Below, one piece after another: positions 46,437 through 56,807 of a stretch of DNA of 64,000 nt; within the stretch, counting starts at the first letter, position 1, and every line of letters starts with the position of its first letter. The stretch lies in the sequence record OL436245.1. One strand, written 5' to 3'. The notes under the pieces were generated by a model. The model was not told the DNA's origin. It ran no database searches and saw only the letters and a list, made by a program, of their open reading frames with translations. The position numbers were made by a program, and so were the translations under genes. Source of the DNA: Staphylococcus phage vB_SurM-PSU4.

Positions 46437-47923
46437 TGACTAAGACTCAAGCAGAAATAAATAAACGTTTAGATGCTTACGCAAAAGGAACAGTAGATAG
46501 CCCTTATAGAGTTAAGAAAGCAACAAGTTATGACCCTAGTTTTGGTGTTATGGAAGCAGGAGCTATTGATGTAGATAAATATTACCACGCTCAATGTCAA
46601 GACCTTATTACAGACTATGTATTATGGCTAACAGATAATAAAGTTAGAACTTGGGGTAATGCTAAAGACCAAATCAAACAAAGTTACGGTACTGGATTTA
46701 AAATACACCAAAATAAACCTTCTACAGTACCTAAAAAAGGTTGGATTGCAGTATTTACAGGTGGTAGTTATTCACAGTGGGGTCATATAGGTATTGTATA
46801 TGATGGAGGTAATACTTCAACATTTACTATTTTAGAGCAAAACTGGAACGGTTACGCTAATAAAAAACCTACAAAACGTGTAGATAATTATTACGGATTA
46901 ACTCATTTCATCGAAATACCTTTAAAAGCAGGAACTACTGTTAAAAAAGAAACAGCTAAGAAAAGTGCAAGTAAAACACCCGAACCTAAAAAGAAAGCAA
47001 CATTAAAAGTTTCTAAGAATCATATTAACTATACAATGGCTAAACGTGGTAAAAAACCTGAAGGCATGGTAATACACAACGATGCGGGTCGTTCTTCAGG
47101 ACAACAATATGAGAATTCATTAGCTAAAGCAGGTTATGCTAGGTATGCTAATGGTATTGCTCATTACTACGGTTCTGAAGGTTATATATGGGAAGCAATA
47201 GATGCTAAGAATCAAATTGCTTGGCACACAGGTGATGGAACAGGAGCAAACTCAGGTAACTTTAGATTTGCAGGTATTGAAGTCTGTCAATCAATGAGTG
47301 CTAGTGATGCTCAATTCCTTAAAAATGAACAAGCAGTATTCCAATTTACAGCAGAAAAATTTAAAGAGTGGGGTATTACGCCTAACCGTAAAAGTGTAAG
47401 ATTACACATGGAATTCGTTCCTACTGCGTGCCCTCACCGTTCAATGGTTCTTCATACAGGATTTAATCCAGTAACTCAAGGAAGACCATCACAAGCAATA
47501 ATGAATAAACTAAAAGATTATTTCATTAAACAAATTAAAAACTACATGGATAAAGGCACTTCAAGTTCTACTGTAGTTAAAAAAGGTAAAACAAGTAGTG
47601 CAAGTACACCAGCAACTAGACCAGTTGTAGGTTCTTGGAAAAAGAACCAGTACGGAACTTGGTATAAACCAGAAAATGCAACATTTGTTAATGGTAACCA
47701 ACCTATAGTAACTAGAATAGGTTCTCCATTCTTAAATGCTCCAGTAGGAGGTAACTTACCAGCAGGGGCTACAATTGTATATGACGAAGTTTGTATCCAA
47801 GCAGGTCATATTTGGATAGGTTATAATGCTTATAACGGTAACAGAGTATATTGCCCTGTTAGAACATGTCAAGGTGTTCCACCAAACCATATACCAGGAG
47901 TTGCCTGGGGTGTATTTAAATAG
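46436..47923 (+). CDS. lysK: endolysin LysK-type (CHAP peptidase + amidase_2 + SH3b), uninterrupted
   Basis: 495 aa, matching LysK as I remember it ([57 protein letters not shown]...) apart from its first residue and a few substitutions; CHAP Cys/His, amidase and C-terminal SH3b motifs all present; no intron. Confidence 0.9.
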   Translation: MTKTQAEINKRLDAYAKGTVDSPYRVKKATSYDPSFGVMEAGAIDVDKYYHAQCQDLITDYVLWLTDNKVRTWGNAKDQIKQSYGTGFKIHQNKPSTVPKKGWIAVFTGGSYSQWGHIGIVYDGGNTSTFTILEQNWNGYANKKPTKRVDNYYGLTHFIEIPLKAGTTVKKETAKKSASKTPEPKKKATLKVSKNHINYTMAKRGKKPEGMVIHNDAGRSSGQQYENSLAKAGYARYANGIAHYYGSEGYIWEAIDAKNQIAWHTGDGTGANSGNFRFAGIEVCQSMSASDAQFLKNEQAVFQFTAEKFKEWGITPNRKSVRLHMEFVPTACPHRSMVLHTGFNPVTQGRPSQAIMNKLKDYFIKQIKNYMDKGTSSSTVVKKGKTSSASTPATRPVVGSWKKNQYGTWYKPENATFVNGNQPIVTRIGSPFLNAPVGGNLPAGATIVYDEVCIQAGHIWIGYNAYNGNRVYCPVRTCQGVPPNHIPGVAWGVFK

Positions 47924-47932
47924 AAGTAAAGA

Positions 47933-47970
47933 AGAGAGACCTATTTACAGGTCTCTTTTTTTTTTATTTT
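47933..47970 (+). terminator. rho-independent terminator
   Basis: hairpin gagagacc...ggtctctt then T10. Confidence 0.7.
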
Positions 47971-48137
47971 TCTGTTATAATATTCTGAATAATTACATAC
48001 TGTAACTTTTGTAATCAAACCTTAATATTATTACACTATTTAGTGGTATATTATACCTTGTGAGAAAAGCATAAGTATGTTATGATTACTTATGTAATAA
48101 AAAATACATTAAAAAATATTAAGGAGTTTTAATAATT

Positions 48138-48881
48138 ATGAAGAAAACAATTTTTGCAACATTAGCATTAGGAGCAACGATTACATTTAGTGGGGTATCT
48201 AGTAATGAAGCTAGTGCTGACGAAATTGATTACAATAAATTAGCAGAACAAGCTAAAACAAATGCACCAGAAATTAATAATGAACCAATCCAAGAAGGAA
48301 ATTATGATTTCTCATTTAGTGATGGAGAATTTACTTACCATTTCTACAATTACAATGGTATCTTTGGGTATGAATATCACTATGGTTCAACACAAGTAAA
48401 TAATACAAGTTCACAATTAGCAGCACAAGAGCAATCTTATAATACACAATCATATAATGCACCTGAACAAAAAGTAGACCAACAACAAGCACAATTTGAT
48501 ACTCAAAATGAACAAGATACTAAAGACATAGTACAACCTAAGCAAGAAACTGTGCAACTGACATCAGTGTCGGCTCCAGTACAGAAAGAAACTAAACAAC
48601 CAACACAGTCTACAAGTAAATCAGGAGGTTCAATTGAAGCTCAAATATTAGCAGCAGGTGGAGACCAAGCGATGGTAGAAATTGCTAAACGAGAGTCTAC
48701 GCTAAATCCAAATGCTACAAATGCAAGCTCAGGAGCACAAGGATTGTTCCAAGGATTAGGAAAATCATGGGCTAATGGTTCGGTAGCTGAGCAGACTAAA
48801 GGTGCTAAACAATATATGATTGACCGTTATGGTTCAACAAGTGCAGCCCTTTCTTACCATGATGCTCATAACTATTATTAA
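48138..48881 (+). CDS. secreted lytic-transglycosylase (SLT)-domain protein
   Basis: N-terminal signal peptide MKKTIFATLALGATITFSGVSSNEASA; C-terminal AKRES...GLFQ...YMIDRYGS resembles the SLT family 1 catalytic motif. Confidence 0.55.
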   Translation: MKKTIFATLALGATITFSGVSSNEASADEIDYNKLAEQAKTNAPEINNEPIQEGNYDFSFSDGEFTYHFYNYNGIFGYEYHYGSTQVNNTSSQLAAQEQSYNTQSYNAPEQKVDQQQAQFDTQNEQDTKDIVQPKQETVQLTSVSAPVQKETKQPTQSTSKSGGSIEAQILAAGGDQAMVEIAKRESTLNPNATNASSGAQGLFQGLGKSWANGSVAEQTKGAKQYMIDRYGSTSAALSYHDAHNYY

Positions 48882-48886
48882 TATCT

Positions 48887-48916
48887 AAGACTAGGATAAT
48901 ATCCTAGTCTTTTTTC
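48887..48916 (+). terminator. rho-independent terminator
   Basis: aagactagga taat tcctagtctt then T-run. Confidence 0.6.
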
Positions 48917-48959
48917 TGTATTATATTAGAAATATAATACATGAAAGGAGTATTGCTAT

Positions 48960-49394
48960 GTGAGAGACCACAACAAACGAGAAATTTACAATCTTGTCTA
49001 TTATTTATTAGATAATGGATATTTATGGCATATGCAATATGCAAATACTGTATTAATACCTAGTGAGGTACAAAAGATAATGAAAGAACGAGAAAAATTT
49101 AATAAAAGTATCTTAGAAAGGATTGACCAACTTTTGGGTAAAGAAGAGCCTAACCCTATAAAGTATATAGAAATATATACACAATCATGTATAGTTAATT
49201 TAAATAATGAACATTATACGAACGAACAACTTAATACTGTATTTAATCAATTAGAAGAAGGTAAAGATGTATACGTAGAAAGTGAATATAAAACAACATG
49301 TATTAAAAATTACACAGGATACCAAATAACATATATTAATGATTATGAAAAACATATGAGTAAACAAAATGAAAAAGATATTAACTTAGAATAA
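48960..49394 (+). CDS. hypothetical protein (GTG start)
   Basis: RBS aaaggag 9 nt before the GTG; the ATG two codons upstream is followed immediately by TGA. Confidence 0.45.
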   Translation: MRDHNKREIYNLVYYLLDNGYLWHMQYANTVLIPSEVQKIMKEREKFNKSILERIDQLLGKEEPNPIKYIEIYTQSCIVNLNNEHYTNEQLNTVFNQLEEGKDVYVESEYKTTCIKNYTGYQITYINDYEKHMSKQNEKDINLE

Positions 49395-49397
49395 ATT

Positions 49398-49430
49398 GAC
49401 TACTATTAAAGTAGTCTTTTTTTATTTTGT
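49398..49430 (+). terminator. rho-independent terminator
   Basis: gactact...agtagtc then T-run. Confidence 0.55.
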
Positions 49431-49581
49431 AAAAAAAGGATTATATGCTATAATAAATGTATAGCAAATGTATAAGATAAATATACATAATAAAATCAAC
49501 AAGAAAGTTAATAATGTTATATTATGTAGAGAGTACACATATGTATTTGAAAAATATAACATAAGAGAGGTGTAAAACCTT

Positions 49582-50370
49582 TTGGAAGAGACAAAATTTA
49601 ATACTTTTGTTCCTTTAGATTTAGAGAAGTCTACAGAGGTAGAAAATGACACTAGAGAATTCTCTACAGTATCTGGTTGGGCTTCAACACCTAACTTAGA
49701 TTTACAAAATGATATTGTAAACCCTAAAGGGATAGATATAGAATACTTCAAAAAGCATGGATATGTTAACTATGAACATCAACCTGACCAAATCGTAGGT
49801 ATTCCTTCAGAAAATTGTTATGTAGATATGAATAAAGGATTATACATTGAAGCTAAATTGTTTAAAGACAATGATAAAGTTATTAAGATGTTAGATTTAG
49901 CAGAGAAATTACAAAAGACAGGCTCAGGACGTAGGTTAGGATTCTCTATAGAGGGAGCAGTTAAGAGTAGAAATGTTAATGATAATAGAATTATAGATTC
50001 TGTTATGATTAGTGGTGTAGCTTTAACTGCACATCCTGCAAATCCTGAAGCTACATGGGAGAAATTTGTTAAATCATTTGTTACAGGTTATGGTACAACA
50101 CCAGAAACACAACAAGATGCAGGAGCATTAAGAAGAGAACAAATTTCAAGTAGTATTACTAACCTAACATATTCTACAAGCCTTCAAAATCCTAAAGACT
50201 TAGATAAATTATGGAAAGATGTAGTTAATTACATGTCTAAAAATAATAAACTAGGTTATGAGGAATCTATTGTTACATTACAATTAGCAAAAGGATTATC
50301 AAGAAAAGATGCTGAAAAAGCAGTTTTAGATATAAGACGAAACGAATTAGATTCGGAAGGAGAAAAATAA
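49582..50370 (+). CDS. prohead protease (HK97 gp4 / S78-like), TTG start
   Basis: N-terminal FSTVSGWASTPNLDLQNDIVNPKGID resembles the GYAsvFn...D..GD.I..GAF signature; sits upstream of the scaffold-like and capsid genes. Confidence 0.6.
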   Translation: MEETKFNTFVPLDLEKSTEVENDTREFSTVSGWASTPNLDLQNDIVNPKGIDIEYFKKHGYVNYEHQPDQIVGIPSENCYVDMNKGLYIEAKLFKDNDKVIKMLDLAEKLQKTGSGRRLGFSIEGAVKSRNVNDNRIIDSVMISGVALTAHPANPEATWEKFVKSFVTGYGTTPETQQDAGALRREQISSSITNLTYSTSLQNPKDLDKLWKDVVNYMSKNNKLGYEESIVTLQLAKGLSRKDAEKAVLDIRRNELDSEGEK

Positions 50371-51389
50371 TGGCTAGTACAGAATTTGATAATATTTTAG
50401 ATAAGTACGAAAATCTAAATAAAGAAGAGGTTACTAAGTCGGAAGACGTAACCAAAGCACAAGGTGAAGATGAACAAGTACCTGCTGATGCACAAGAAGA
50501 ACCTAAAGAACCTACTAAAGTAGAAGGTACTGAAGAGCAAGATAAGAAAAATAAAGAAGACCAAAAGAACTTAGAAGAACAACATGTTGAAGGTGAAGAT
50601 TCAGAAGAAGTAGAGAAATCTAAAAAAGAATCTAACGACCCAGTAGACCAAAAAGACACTAACACTGAAGACAAAGACAACAAGAAACGTAAGAACGAAA
50701 AAGATGATGAAGACTCTGATGATTCAGAAGATGAAGATTCAGAAGATAAAGAGAAATCTAAAAAAGAATCTAAAGACCCTGTAGACCATACAGATACTAA
50801 CACAGAAGATAAAGACAACGAGAAACGTAAGAACAAAAAAGAAGAAGCTAAAAAATCAATCTCTGATGAACAAGTATTAAAAGGATTTAATTCTATTCTT
50901 AAAAACTTAGAATCATTAAATGAAGATAGAAAAGAATTTGTTACTAAATCAGACTTAGAAAAAATTCAAGATTCTATTCAAGAGTTAAATGAAAAAATTG
51001 AAGCTAAAGAAGAAGCTCCAATTTCTAAATCAACTGACTACATGAATGAAGAATCTAATGAAGAAGATGTAGTTCAAAAATCAGCTACTGCTGAAACAGT
51101 TGCTAAAGGTGAAAAAGCTGAAGGTATTGTTTCTAAATCAGTAGAAGGAGATAGTGCTGTAGAAGATGCTCCACAAGAACAAGTTACTGAAGAACAAGCA
51201 CAAGATAACAAAGCTGAAGAAAATGCTAAACTTAGAAGTGCTTTCATGAAACAATTTACTGAACGTGCTTCAAAATCACCACGTAACAACGAAATTGAAA
51301 TTGCTCGTCAAGACTATATCAATTGGCAAAATGGTGTAGCAACTGAAGACCAAGTACAAAATATCAAACGTTTTGCAGGTTTAGAGTAA
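50370..51389 (+). CDS. highly acidic low-complexity protein, putative scaffolding protein
   Basis: between protease and major capsid; internal 40-aa tandem repeat EKSKKES.DPVD..DTNTEDKDN.KRKN.. Confidence 0.45.
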   Translation: MASTEFDNILDKYENLNKEEVTKSEDVTKAQGEDEQVPADAQEEPKEPTKVEGTEEQDKKNKEDQKNLEEQHVEGEDSEEVEKSKKESNDPVDQKDTNTEDKDNKKRKNEKDDEDSDDSEDEDSEDKEKSKKESKDPVDHTDTNTEDKDNEKRKNKKEEAKKSISDEQVLKGFNSILKNLESLNEDRKEFVTKSDLEKIQDSIQELNEKIEAKEEAPISKSTDYMNEESNEEDVVQKSATAETVAKGEKAEGIVSKSVEGDSAVEDAPQEQVTEEQAQDNKAEENAKLRSAFMKQFTERASKSPRNNEIEIARQDYINWQNGVATEDQVQNIKRFAGLE

Positions 51390-51474
51390 ACAGTAAAACT
51401 TATGTTATATTATAGTACGAAGTGAAATAAAATTTAAACTTTTAAAAAACATATAAATGAAAGGTGAATAATAA

Positions 51475-52899
51475 ATGACCGAAGAAAATAAAAACGGTTT
51501 TGAACAAAAGTTAAAACCAAGTCAACGTGAATTCGCTGAAAACTTGCAAGAACAATTGTCAAAATCATTCCAAACAGGATACGGAATTACTCCTGATACA
51601 CAAATTGATGCAGGAGCTTTACGTAGAGAAATTTTAGATGACCAAATTACAATGCTTACTTATACTAATGAAGACTTGATTTTCTTCAGACAAATTACTA
51701 AACGTCCAGCTCAATCAACAGTTATGAAATATGACGTTTACTTAAACCATGGTGAAGTAGGTCACTCAGGTTTCGTTCGTGAAATCGGCGTAGCACCTGT
51801 ATCAGACCCTAACATCCGTCAAAAGACCGTTAACATGAAATACGTAAGTTCTACTCGTAACATGTCAATCGCTACAACGTTAGTAAACAACGTTGAAGAC
51901 CCTGCTCAAATCTTGACAGAAGATGCAATTGTAACAGTTGCTAAAAATATTGAGTGGGCTTCATTCTATGGTGATGCTTCATTATCAAGTGAACCAACTA
52001 ACGAAGGCGGACTTGAATTTGATGGTTTAGTTAAATTAATTTCTAAAGAAAACGTAATTGATGCAAAAGGTAAAGCATTAGACCAATTATTATTAAATGA
52101 TGCAGCAGTTCACATTTCTAAAGGTTTCGGACAACCTACAGATGCTTTCATGCCTTTAGGTGTACATGCAGAATTCGTAAACGATATGCTTTCTAACCAA
52201 CGTCAATTAATGTCAGACAACAGTGGTAACTTAACAGCAGGTTACAACGTACAAGGATTTAACTCAGTACGTGGACACATTGCTTTACATGGTTCTACTG
52301 TAATGGAAAATGACTTAATTTTAGACGAATCAGTTCAACCAAAACCAAATGCACCTCAACCAGCTAAAGTAAGTGCTACTGTTCAAACAGACCAAAAAGG
52401 TAAATTTGACGACCCACAAGAAACTGAAGTTAACTACAAAGTAGTAGTAAACTCAGATGAAGCTAAATCTTATGCTAGTGAAGAAGTACAAGCACAAGTT
52501 TCAAATGCTACAGATGCAGTTGAATTAACTATTCAATTACAATCTATGTATCAATCTCAACCTCAATTCGTTTCTATTTACCGTCAAGGTAAAAACACTG
52601 GTTTATTCTACCTAATCGATAGAGTAGCAGTTTCTCAACAAAACGAAGAAGGAAACATTGTGTACTTAGACCGTAACGAAAACTTACCAGAAACAGCAGA
52701 CGTATTCGTTGGTGAATTAACTCCAACAGTAATTCACTTATTCGAGTTACTTCCAATGATGAGATTACCATTAGCTCAAATTAATGCTTCAATTACATTT
52801 GCAGTATTATGGTATGGTGCTTTAGCACTACGTGCACCTAAAAAATGGGCTCGTATTAAAAACGTTCGTTACACAGCAGTTAACCCATACGCACACTAA
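51475..52899 (+). CDS. major capsid protein (HK97-fold, 474 aa)
   Basis: position after protease and scaffold, size, strong RBS aaaggtgaa, strong terminator downstream. Confidence 0.6.
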   Translation: MTEENKNGFEQKLKPSQREFAENLQEQLSKSFQTGYGITPDTQIDAGALRREILDDQITMLTYTNEDLIFFRQITKRPAQSTVMKYDVYLNHGEVGHSGFVREIGVAPVSDPNIRQKTVNMKYVSSTRNMSIATTLVNNVEDPAQILTEDAIVTVAKNIEWASFYGDASLSSEPTNEGGLEFDGLVKLISKENVIDAKGKALDQLLLNDAAVHISKGFGQPTDAFMPLGVHAEFVNDMLSNQRQLMSDNSGNLTAGYNVQGFNSVRGHIALHGSTVMENDLILDESVQPKPNAPQPAKVSATVQTDQKGKFDDPQETEVNYKVVVNSDEAKSYASEEVQAQVSNATDAVELTIQLQSMYQSQPQFVSIYRQGKNTGLFYLIDRVAVSQQNEEGNIVYLDRNENLPETADVFVGELTPTVIHLFELLPMMRLPLAQINASITFAVLWYGALALRAPKKWARIKNVRYTAVNPYAH

Positions 52900-52939
52900 T
52901 TTAATAAACACTTTAAATAACAATTTAATACAACTCAAT

Positions 52940-52971
52940 AAGCTAAGGTCATATAACCTTAGCTTTTTTTA
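52940..52971 (+). terminator. rho-independent terminator
   Basis: agctaaggt catata accttagct then T7. Confidence 0.65.
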
Positions 52972-52998
52972 TTATAATAAAAGAAAGGATACTAATAT

Positions 52999-53292
52999 AT
53001 GCTAAAATATAAAGGCTCATTTAATAAAAAAGTTCAAACTGTAGTAGGAGAAGTTACAGTTGATGAATTTGGATTAGTTAAAGGATTAAAGAAAGCAGAT
53101 GAAGATATTCTTTTAAATGGATTTAATTTTGAACAAGCAGAAGAGTCAAAATCTACTAATAAATCACAACCTAAGTCAGAGAATAAAGAAGATTCTAAAG
53201 AAGAGGGAAAAACTTCAACAACTAAAAAGACAACAGGAACTACTAGAAAAACAACTGCACGTAAAACAACTAAAAAAACTGAAGAGAAATAA
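52999..53292 (+). CDS. small virion-associated protein with Lys/Thr-rich basic tail
   Basis: ORF; C-terminus TTKKTTGTTRKTTARKTTKKTEEK. Confidence 0.4.
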   Translation: MLKYKGSFNKKVQTVVGEVTVDEFGLVKGLKKADEDILLNGFNFEQAEESKSTNKSQPKSENKEDSKEEGKTSTTKKTTGTTRKTTARKTTKKTEEK

Positions 53293-53304
53293 AGGTGATA
53301 AAGA

Positions 53305-54216
53305 ATGTCTAACCCTATGTTTGGCGGACATCTAGACCCGTATGAAACAACAGATAATTATGAGTATCCTTATCATCCAGCAGGTAATCCTAAGAAGATA
53401 GATAAATCAGAAGTAGAATCCTATACTCTAGCTGATTATGGATGGACACCTGAAGCTATCAAAGAGCATTACATGTATGGTATAAGGGTACAAAACCCTG
53501 AAACAGGTAAAGAAATGGATGATGCTTTCTATAACCATGTATTTGAAGTGGCTATAGATAAAGCAGAAAAAGCATTAGATATATCTATACTACCCGATTT
53601 CCAAGATGAGCAAAGAGACTATTATGAACAAGACTTTAATAGTTACATGTTTGTTCATGCTTATAAGAAACCAATACTCCAAGTTGAAGGATTACAATTA
53701 CACTTCAATGGTAGACCAATATATAAATACCCAGCTAATTGGTGGAAAGTACACCATGTAGATGGACAAGTACAGCTATACCCAACAGCTTTAATGCAAG
53801 TAGGTCAAGGAGCTAGTTATTCTAGTGCGGTAAGTGGTTATCCATACCTAGCAGGTATGATGCCACCTCAAGGTAATACTTATGCTCCTCAAATGATACA
53901 TTTAGAGTATATTTCAGGTATGTTACCACAGAAAAGAGCAGGGGTAACTAAACCATGGGAATGTCCTACAAGCTTACAACAATTAGTGATTAAATATGCA
54001 CTTAAAGAGATATACCAAGTATGGGGTAACCTTATTATCGGTGCAGGAATAGCAAACAAATCACTAGATGTTGATGGTATTAGTGAAACAATTGGCACTA
54101 CTCAATCAGCTATGTATGGTGGAGCTAGTGCTCAAATAATTCAAATAAATGATGATATTGATGAGCTATTAAAAGGTTTACAATCATACTTTGGTACCAA
54201 CATGGTAGCTATCTAA
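53305..54216 (+). CDS. virion structural protein (putative head-tail connector or completion protein)
   Basis: position in the structural module; RBS aaaggtgat. Confidence 0.45.
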   Translation: MSNPMFGGHLDPYETTDNYEYPYHPAGNPKKIDKSEVESYTLADYGWTPEAIKEHYMYGIRVQNPETGKEMDDAFYNHVFEVAIDKAEKALDISILPDFQDEQRDYYEQDFNSYMFVHAYKKPILQVEGLQLHFNGRPIYKYPANWWKVHHVDGQVQLYPTALMQVGQGASYSSAVSGYPYLAGMMPPQGNTYAPQMIHLEYISGMLPQKRAGVTKPWECPTSLQQLVIKYALKEIYQVWGNLIIGAGIANKSLDVDGISETIGTTQSAMYGGASAQIIQINDDIDELLKGLQSYFGTNMVAI

Positions 54217-54229
54217 AGGAGGAATATAG

Positions 54230-55111
54230 TTGGAAAAGAGTTATAAATTAACAAGTAGTAGAGTAGATAAAGTTAATCCTTCTATAGATAATGATACTTC
54301 CTATTCTCCTTTAGAAAAAGAAGAACCTCAAACATCAACAACAAGATTAGAATTTGACACAAAAGAAATGCGTAGGTTTATGTATCATAGAGGTATAAAA
54401 GTTCTTTGGGAACAAGCATACCTCTGTCCTTGTTTAAATACAAAAACAGGAGCACCTAGAATAGATTGTCCAAGATGTCATGGTTCAGGTATAGCTTATT
54501 TACCACCTAAAGAGACAGTAATGGCTATTCAATCACAAGGTAAAGGTGTGAGTGTATTCGACTTAGGTATTATGGAAACAGGAACTGCTATAGGAACAAC
54601 ACAATTAGAACATAGAGTATCCTACAGGGATAGATTTACAGTTCCAGATGTAGTAATGCCTCAACATATGATTTTCTTAATAACAGAAGATAGAGTTAAA
54701 AAAGGAATATCATTAGTCTATGATACAAAAGAAATTATATATATAACAACAGATGAACGTGTCTTGTATGAAGAAGATTATACAGTAAAAGATAATAGAC
54801 TATATTTAGATAAATCATTTATAGGACAAAATGTATCTTTAAAAATATATATGACTTTAAGATATACTGTTTCAGATATACTTAAAGAAAGTCGTTATCA
54901 ATATACACAATTCAATGAACCTCAAACTAAATTTGAAAATTTACCACAAAAGTTACTCTTAAAAAGAGAAGATGTTTTTGTTAAACCAGAAGCATATAAA
55001 CCTAAAGATGGTATTAATGAGGATATACAAATAGATGATGTTATAGATGACCCTAAGTCTAAACCTACAAGTCAAGAAAATAAAGGTGGATTCTTTGGTG
55101 GTGTTTTCTAA
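54230..55111 (+). CDS. virion structural protein (TTG start)
   Basis: RBS aaggagg before TTG; contains a CxxC...CPRCHG pair. Confidence 0.4.
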   Translation: MEKSYKLTSSRVDKVNPSIDNDTSYSPLEKEEPQTSTTRLEFDTKEMRRFMYHRGIKVLWEQAYLCPCLNTKTGAPRIDCPRCHGSGIAYLPPKETVMAIQSQGKGVSVFDLGIMETGTAIGTTQLEHRVSYRDRFTVPDVVMPQHMIFLITEDRVKKGISLVYDTKEIIYITTDERVLYEEDYTVKDNRLYLDKSFIGQNVSLKIYMTLRYTVSDILKESRYQYTQFNEPQTKFENLPQKLLLKREDVFVKPEAYKPKDGINEDIQIDDVIDDPKSKPTSQENKGGFFGGVF

Positions 55112-55719
55112 TGTCAAAGAATAAAATACCTAAATTTTTAGCAAATCCTAGTGAATCATCTAGGAAGATTGCTAAAGGTTTAGAGAATGATGCTACAAAT
55201 GAATTACATTTACAAGCTCAACAAATCCAAATGGATATGGACGATGTAAAGGTAACTAGAGTTAATAACAGAATTCAAATAGAAAAGAAAATGGAAGAAA
55301 ACAATATCATTGACTTAAAACCATACTTTGCTAGGTCTTCTAAGAAGAAAGACAAGAAAGATGGGGGATGGTACTTAATAGTACCTATTCGTGTAAAAAC
55401 AAGTCAAATGAGTAGTAGAATGTATACAAAATTAAACAAGGTTCAAAAACAAGGTAAGTATACAAATACTTTAATAGATTATATAGAAGGTACTAGACAG
55501 AAAACAACAGTCCCTAGCTTAGCACCAAAACAAGCTAGTAAAAATATAACTAAAGTAGATAAACCTAAAAACAAATCTCATTATGTATTCTTCAGAACAG
55601 TTTCTGATACATCACCTCCAAACTCTTGGATAATAAACAGAGGAAATACTGAAGGGATGTCTTCAAGAGATAGAAGAGATATTGAATCATTAATGAGATG
55701 GAAGATGAACAACCTATAA
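55111..55719 (+). CDS. virion structural protein
   Basis: translationally coupled ORF. Confidence 0.4.
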   Translation: MSKNKIPKFLANPSESSRKIAKGLENDATNELHLQAQQIQMDMDDVKVTRVNNRIQIEKKMEENNIIDLKPYFARSSKKKDKKDGGWYLIVPIRVKTSQMSSRMYTKLNKVQKQGKYTNTLIDYIEGTRQKTTVPSLAPKQASKNITKVDKPKNKSHYVFFRTVSDTSPPNSWIINRGNTEGMSSRDRRDIESLMRWKMNNL

Positions 55720-55735
55720 AGGAGAAAAGACTATT

Positions 55736-56578
55736 ATGGCTATCACTTCAACTGACTCATATTTACTAGAAGAAATAGAGCCTAGATTACAGACAGTGCT
55801 TAAAAATTGTTATATTATAGACGAGGTTTTGAAGGACTACAACGAATCCACAAGAGAGAATTTTAAAGAAGGTTTTTGTGGAGAAAATGCACCTTATGAA
55901 GTCACTATAAGTTTCAAAACACCTGAATTTAAAAATGGTACTAAAGCACATTATCTCATTCAACAAGGACAAGGCAGGGAATCAAATACATCCTTCTCTA
56001 ATATACAAGCTGATTACTTAGAAGCAAGTGGTAATACACAATCTGAATATAGTACAGTGTATAGAGATGGGGATAGATTGAAACTTAAAGTTTCTAAACC
56101 TATTCATGATGTATTAGTTGTAGAACATATTTCCTTTGCTGAGTTTGATGATTTGAAGTGGGAAGATAATGTTATTTCTTTTAGATATGATGGAAATGAA
56201 TCTTTAGAAAATTATCAGGCTATTGTTAAATATGTTGAAAAAACAGGTGATACCAAAGGTCTTGTAAAAGGTTTTACTGTTAGTGAACAAGTAACGATTG
56301 TTGGATTATCTGATAACGTAGATACAGCAAGGTGTTTAGATGCTATTTTAAAAATGATTTTAATATCAATGAGAGATAGCTTACAAGAACAACAATCTTT
56401 ACAATTACAAAGATTAGAGTTCGGAGATTTATCCCCTATAATTACAGAAACTGATTTTTATATTTGGGGTAGACCAACAATCATTTCATATGAAACATCT
56501 ATAGATATGGACTATACAATCACTCAAGACATCAACAAATTAACATTTAAAGGAAGGTATGACTATAACAATGGCTAG
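55736..56578 (+). CDS. virion structural protein
   Basis: ORF. Confidence 0.4.
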   Translation: MAITSTDSYLLEEIEPRLQTVLKNCYIIDEVLKDYNESTRENFKEGFCGENAPYEVTISFKTPEFKNGTKAHYLIQQGQGRESNTSFSNIQADYLEASGNTQSEYSTVYRDGDRLKLKVSKPIHDVLVVEHISFAEFDDLKWEDNVISFRYDGNESLENYQAIVKYVEKTGDTKGLVKGFTVSEQVTIVGLSDNVDTARCLDAILKMILISMRDSLQEQQSLQLQRLEFGDLSPIITETDFYIWGRPTIISYETSIDMDYTITQDINKLTFKGRYDYNNG

Positions 56579-56786
56579 TAAAAAACCAACAACAAAACAA
56601 ACAAAACCTAAATTCACAGGATATGCTGATATAGATACTTTTATTAACTCAGCACAAACAGTCTTTAAATTCTCTGATGGAGAAGCTAAAGGATTTAAAG
56701 CTTTTATGGAAGGTAAATATTATCAACGTTCAGAACGTGATTTTATACCTTACTTAGAAAGTTATTTAGGTAAAAAATTAAAATAA
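56559..56786 (+). CDS. small virion or assembly protein
   Basis: ORF overlapping the previous stop. Confidence 0.35.
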   Translation: MTITMASKKPTTKQTKPKFTGYADIDTFINSAQTVFKFSDGEAKGFKAFMEGKYYQRSERDFIPYLESYLGKKLK

Positions 56787-56807
56787 TAGATAGGAGACAT
56801 AAATAAT

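Noticed and set aside
50273-50836. Minus-strand Ser/Leu-rich ORF
   Set aside because: Antisense of the acidic repeat gene 50370..51389; compositional artefact.
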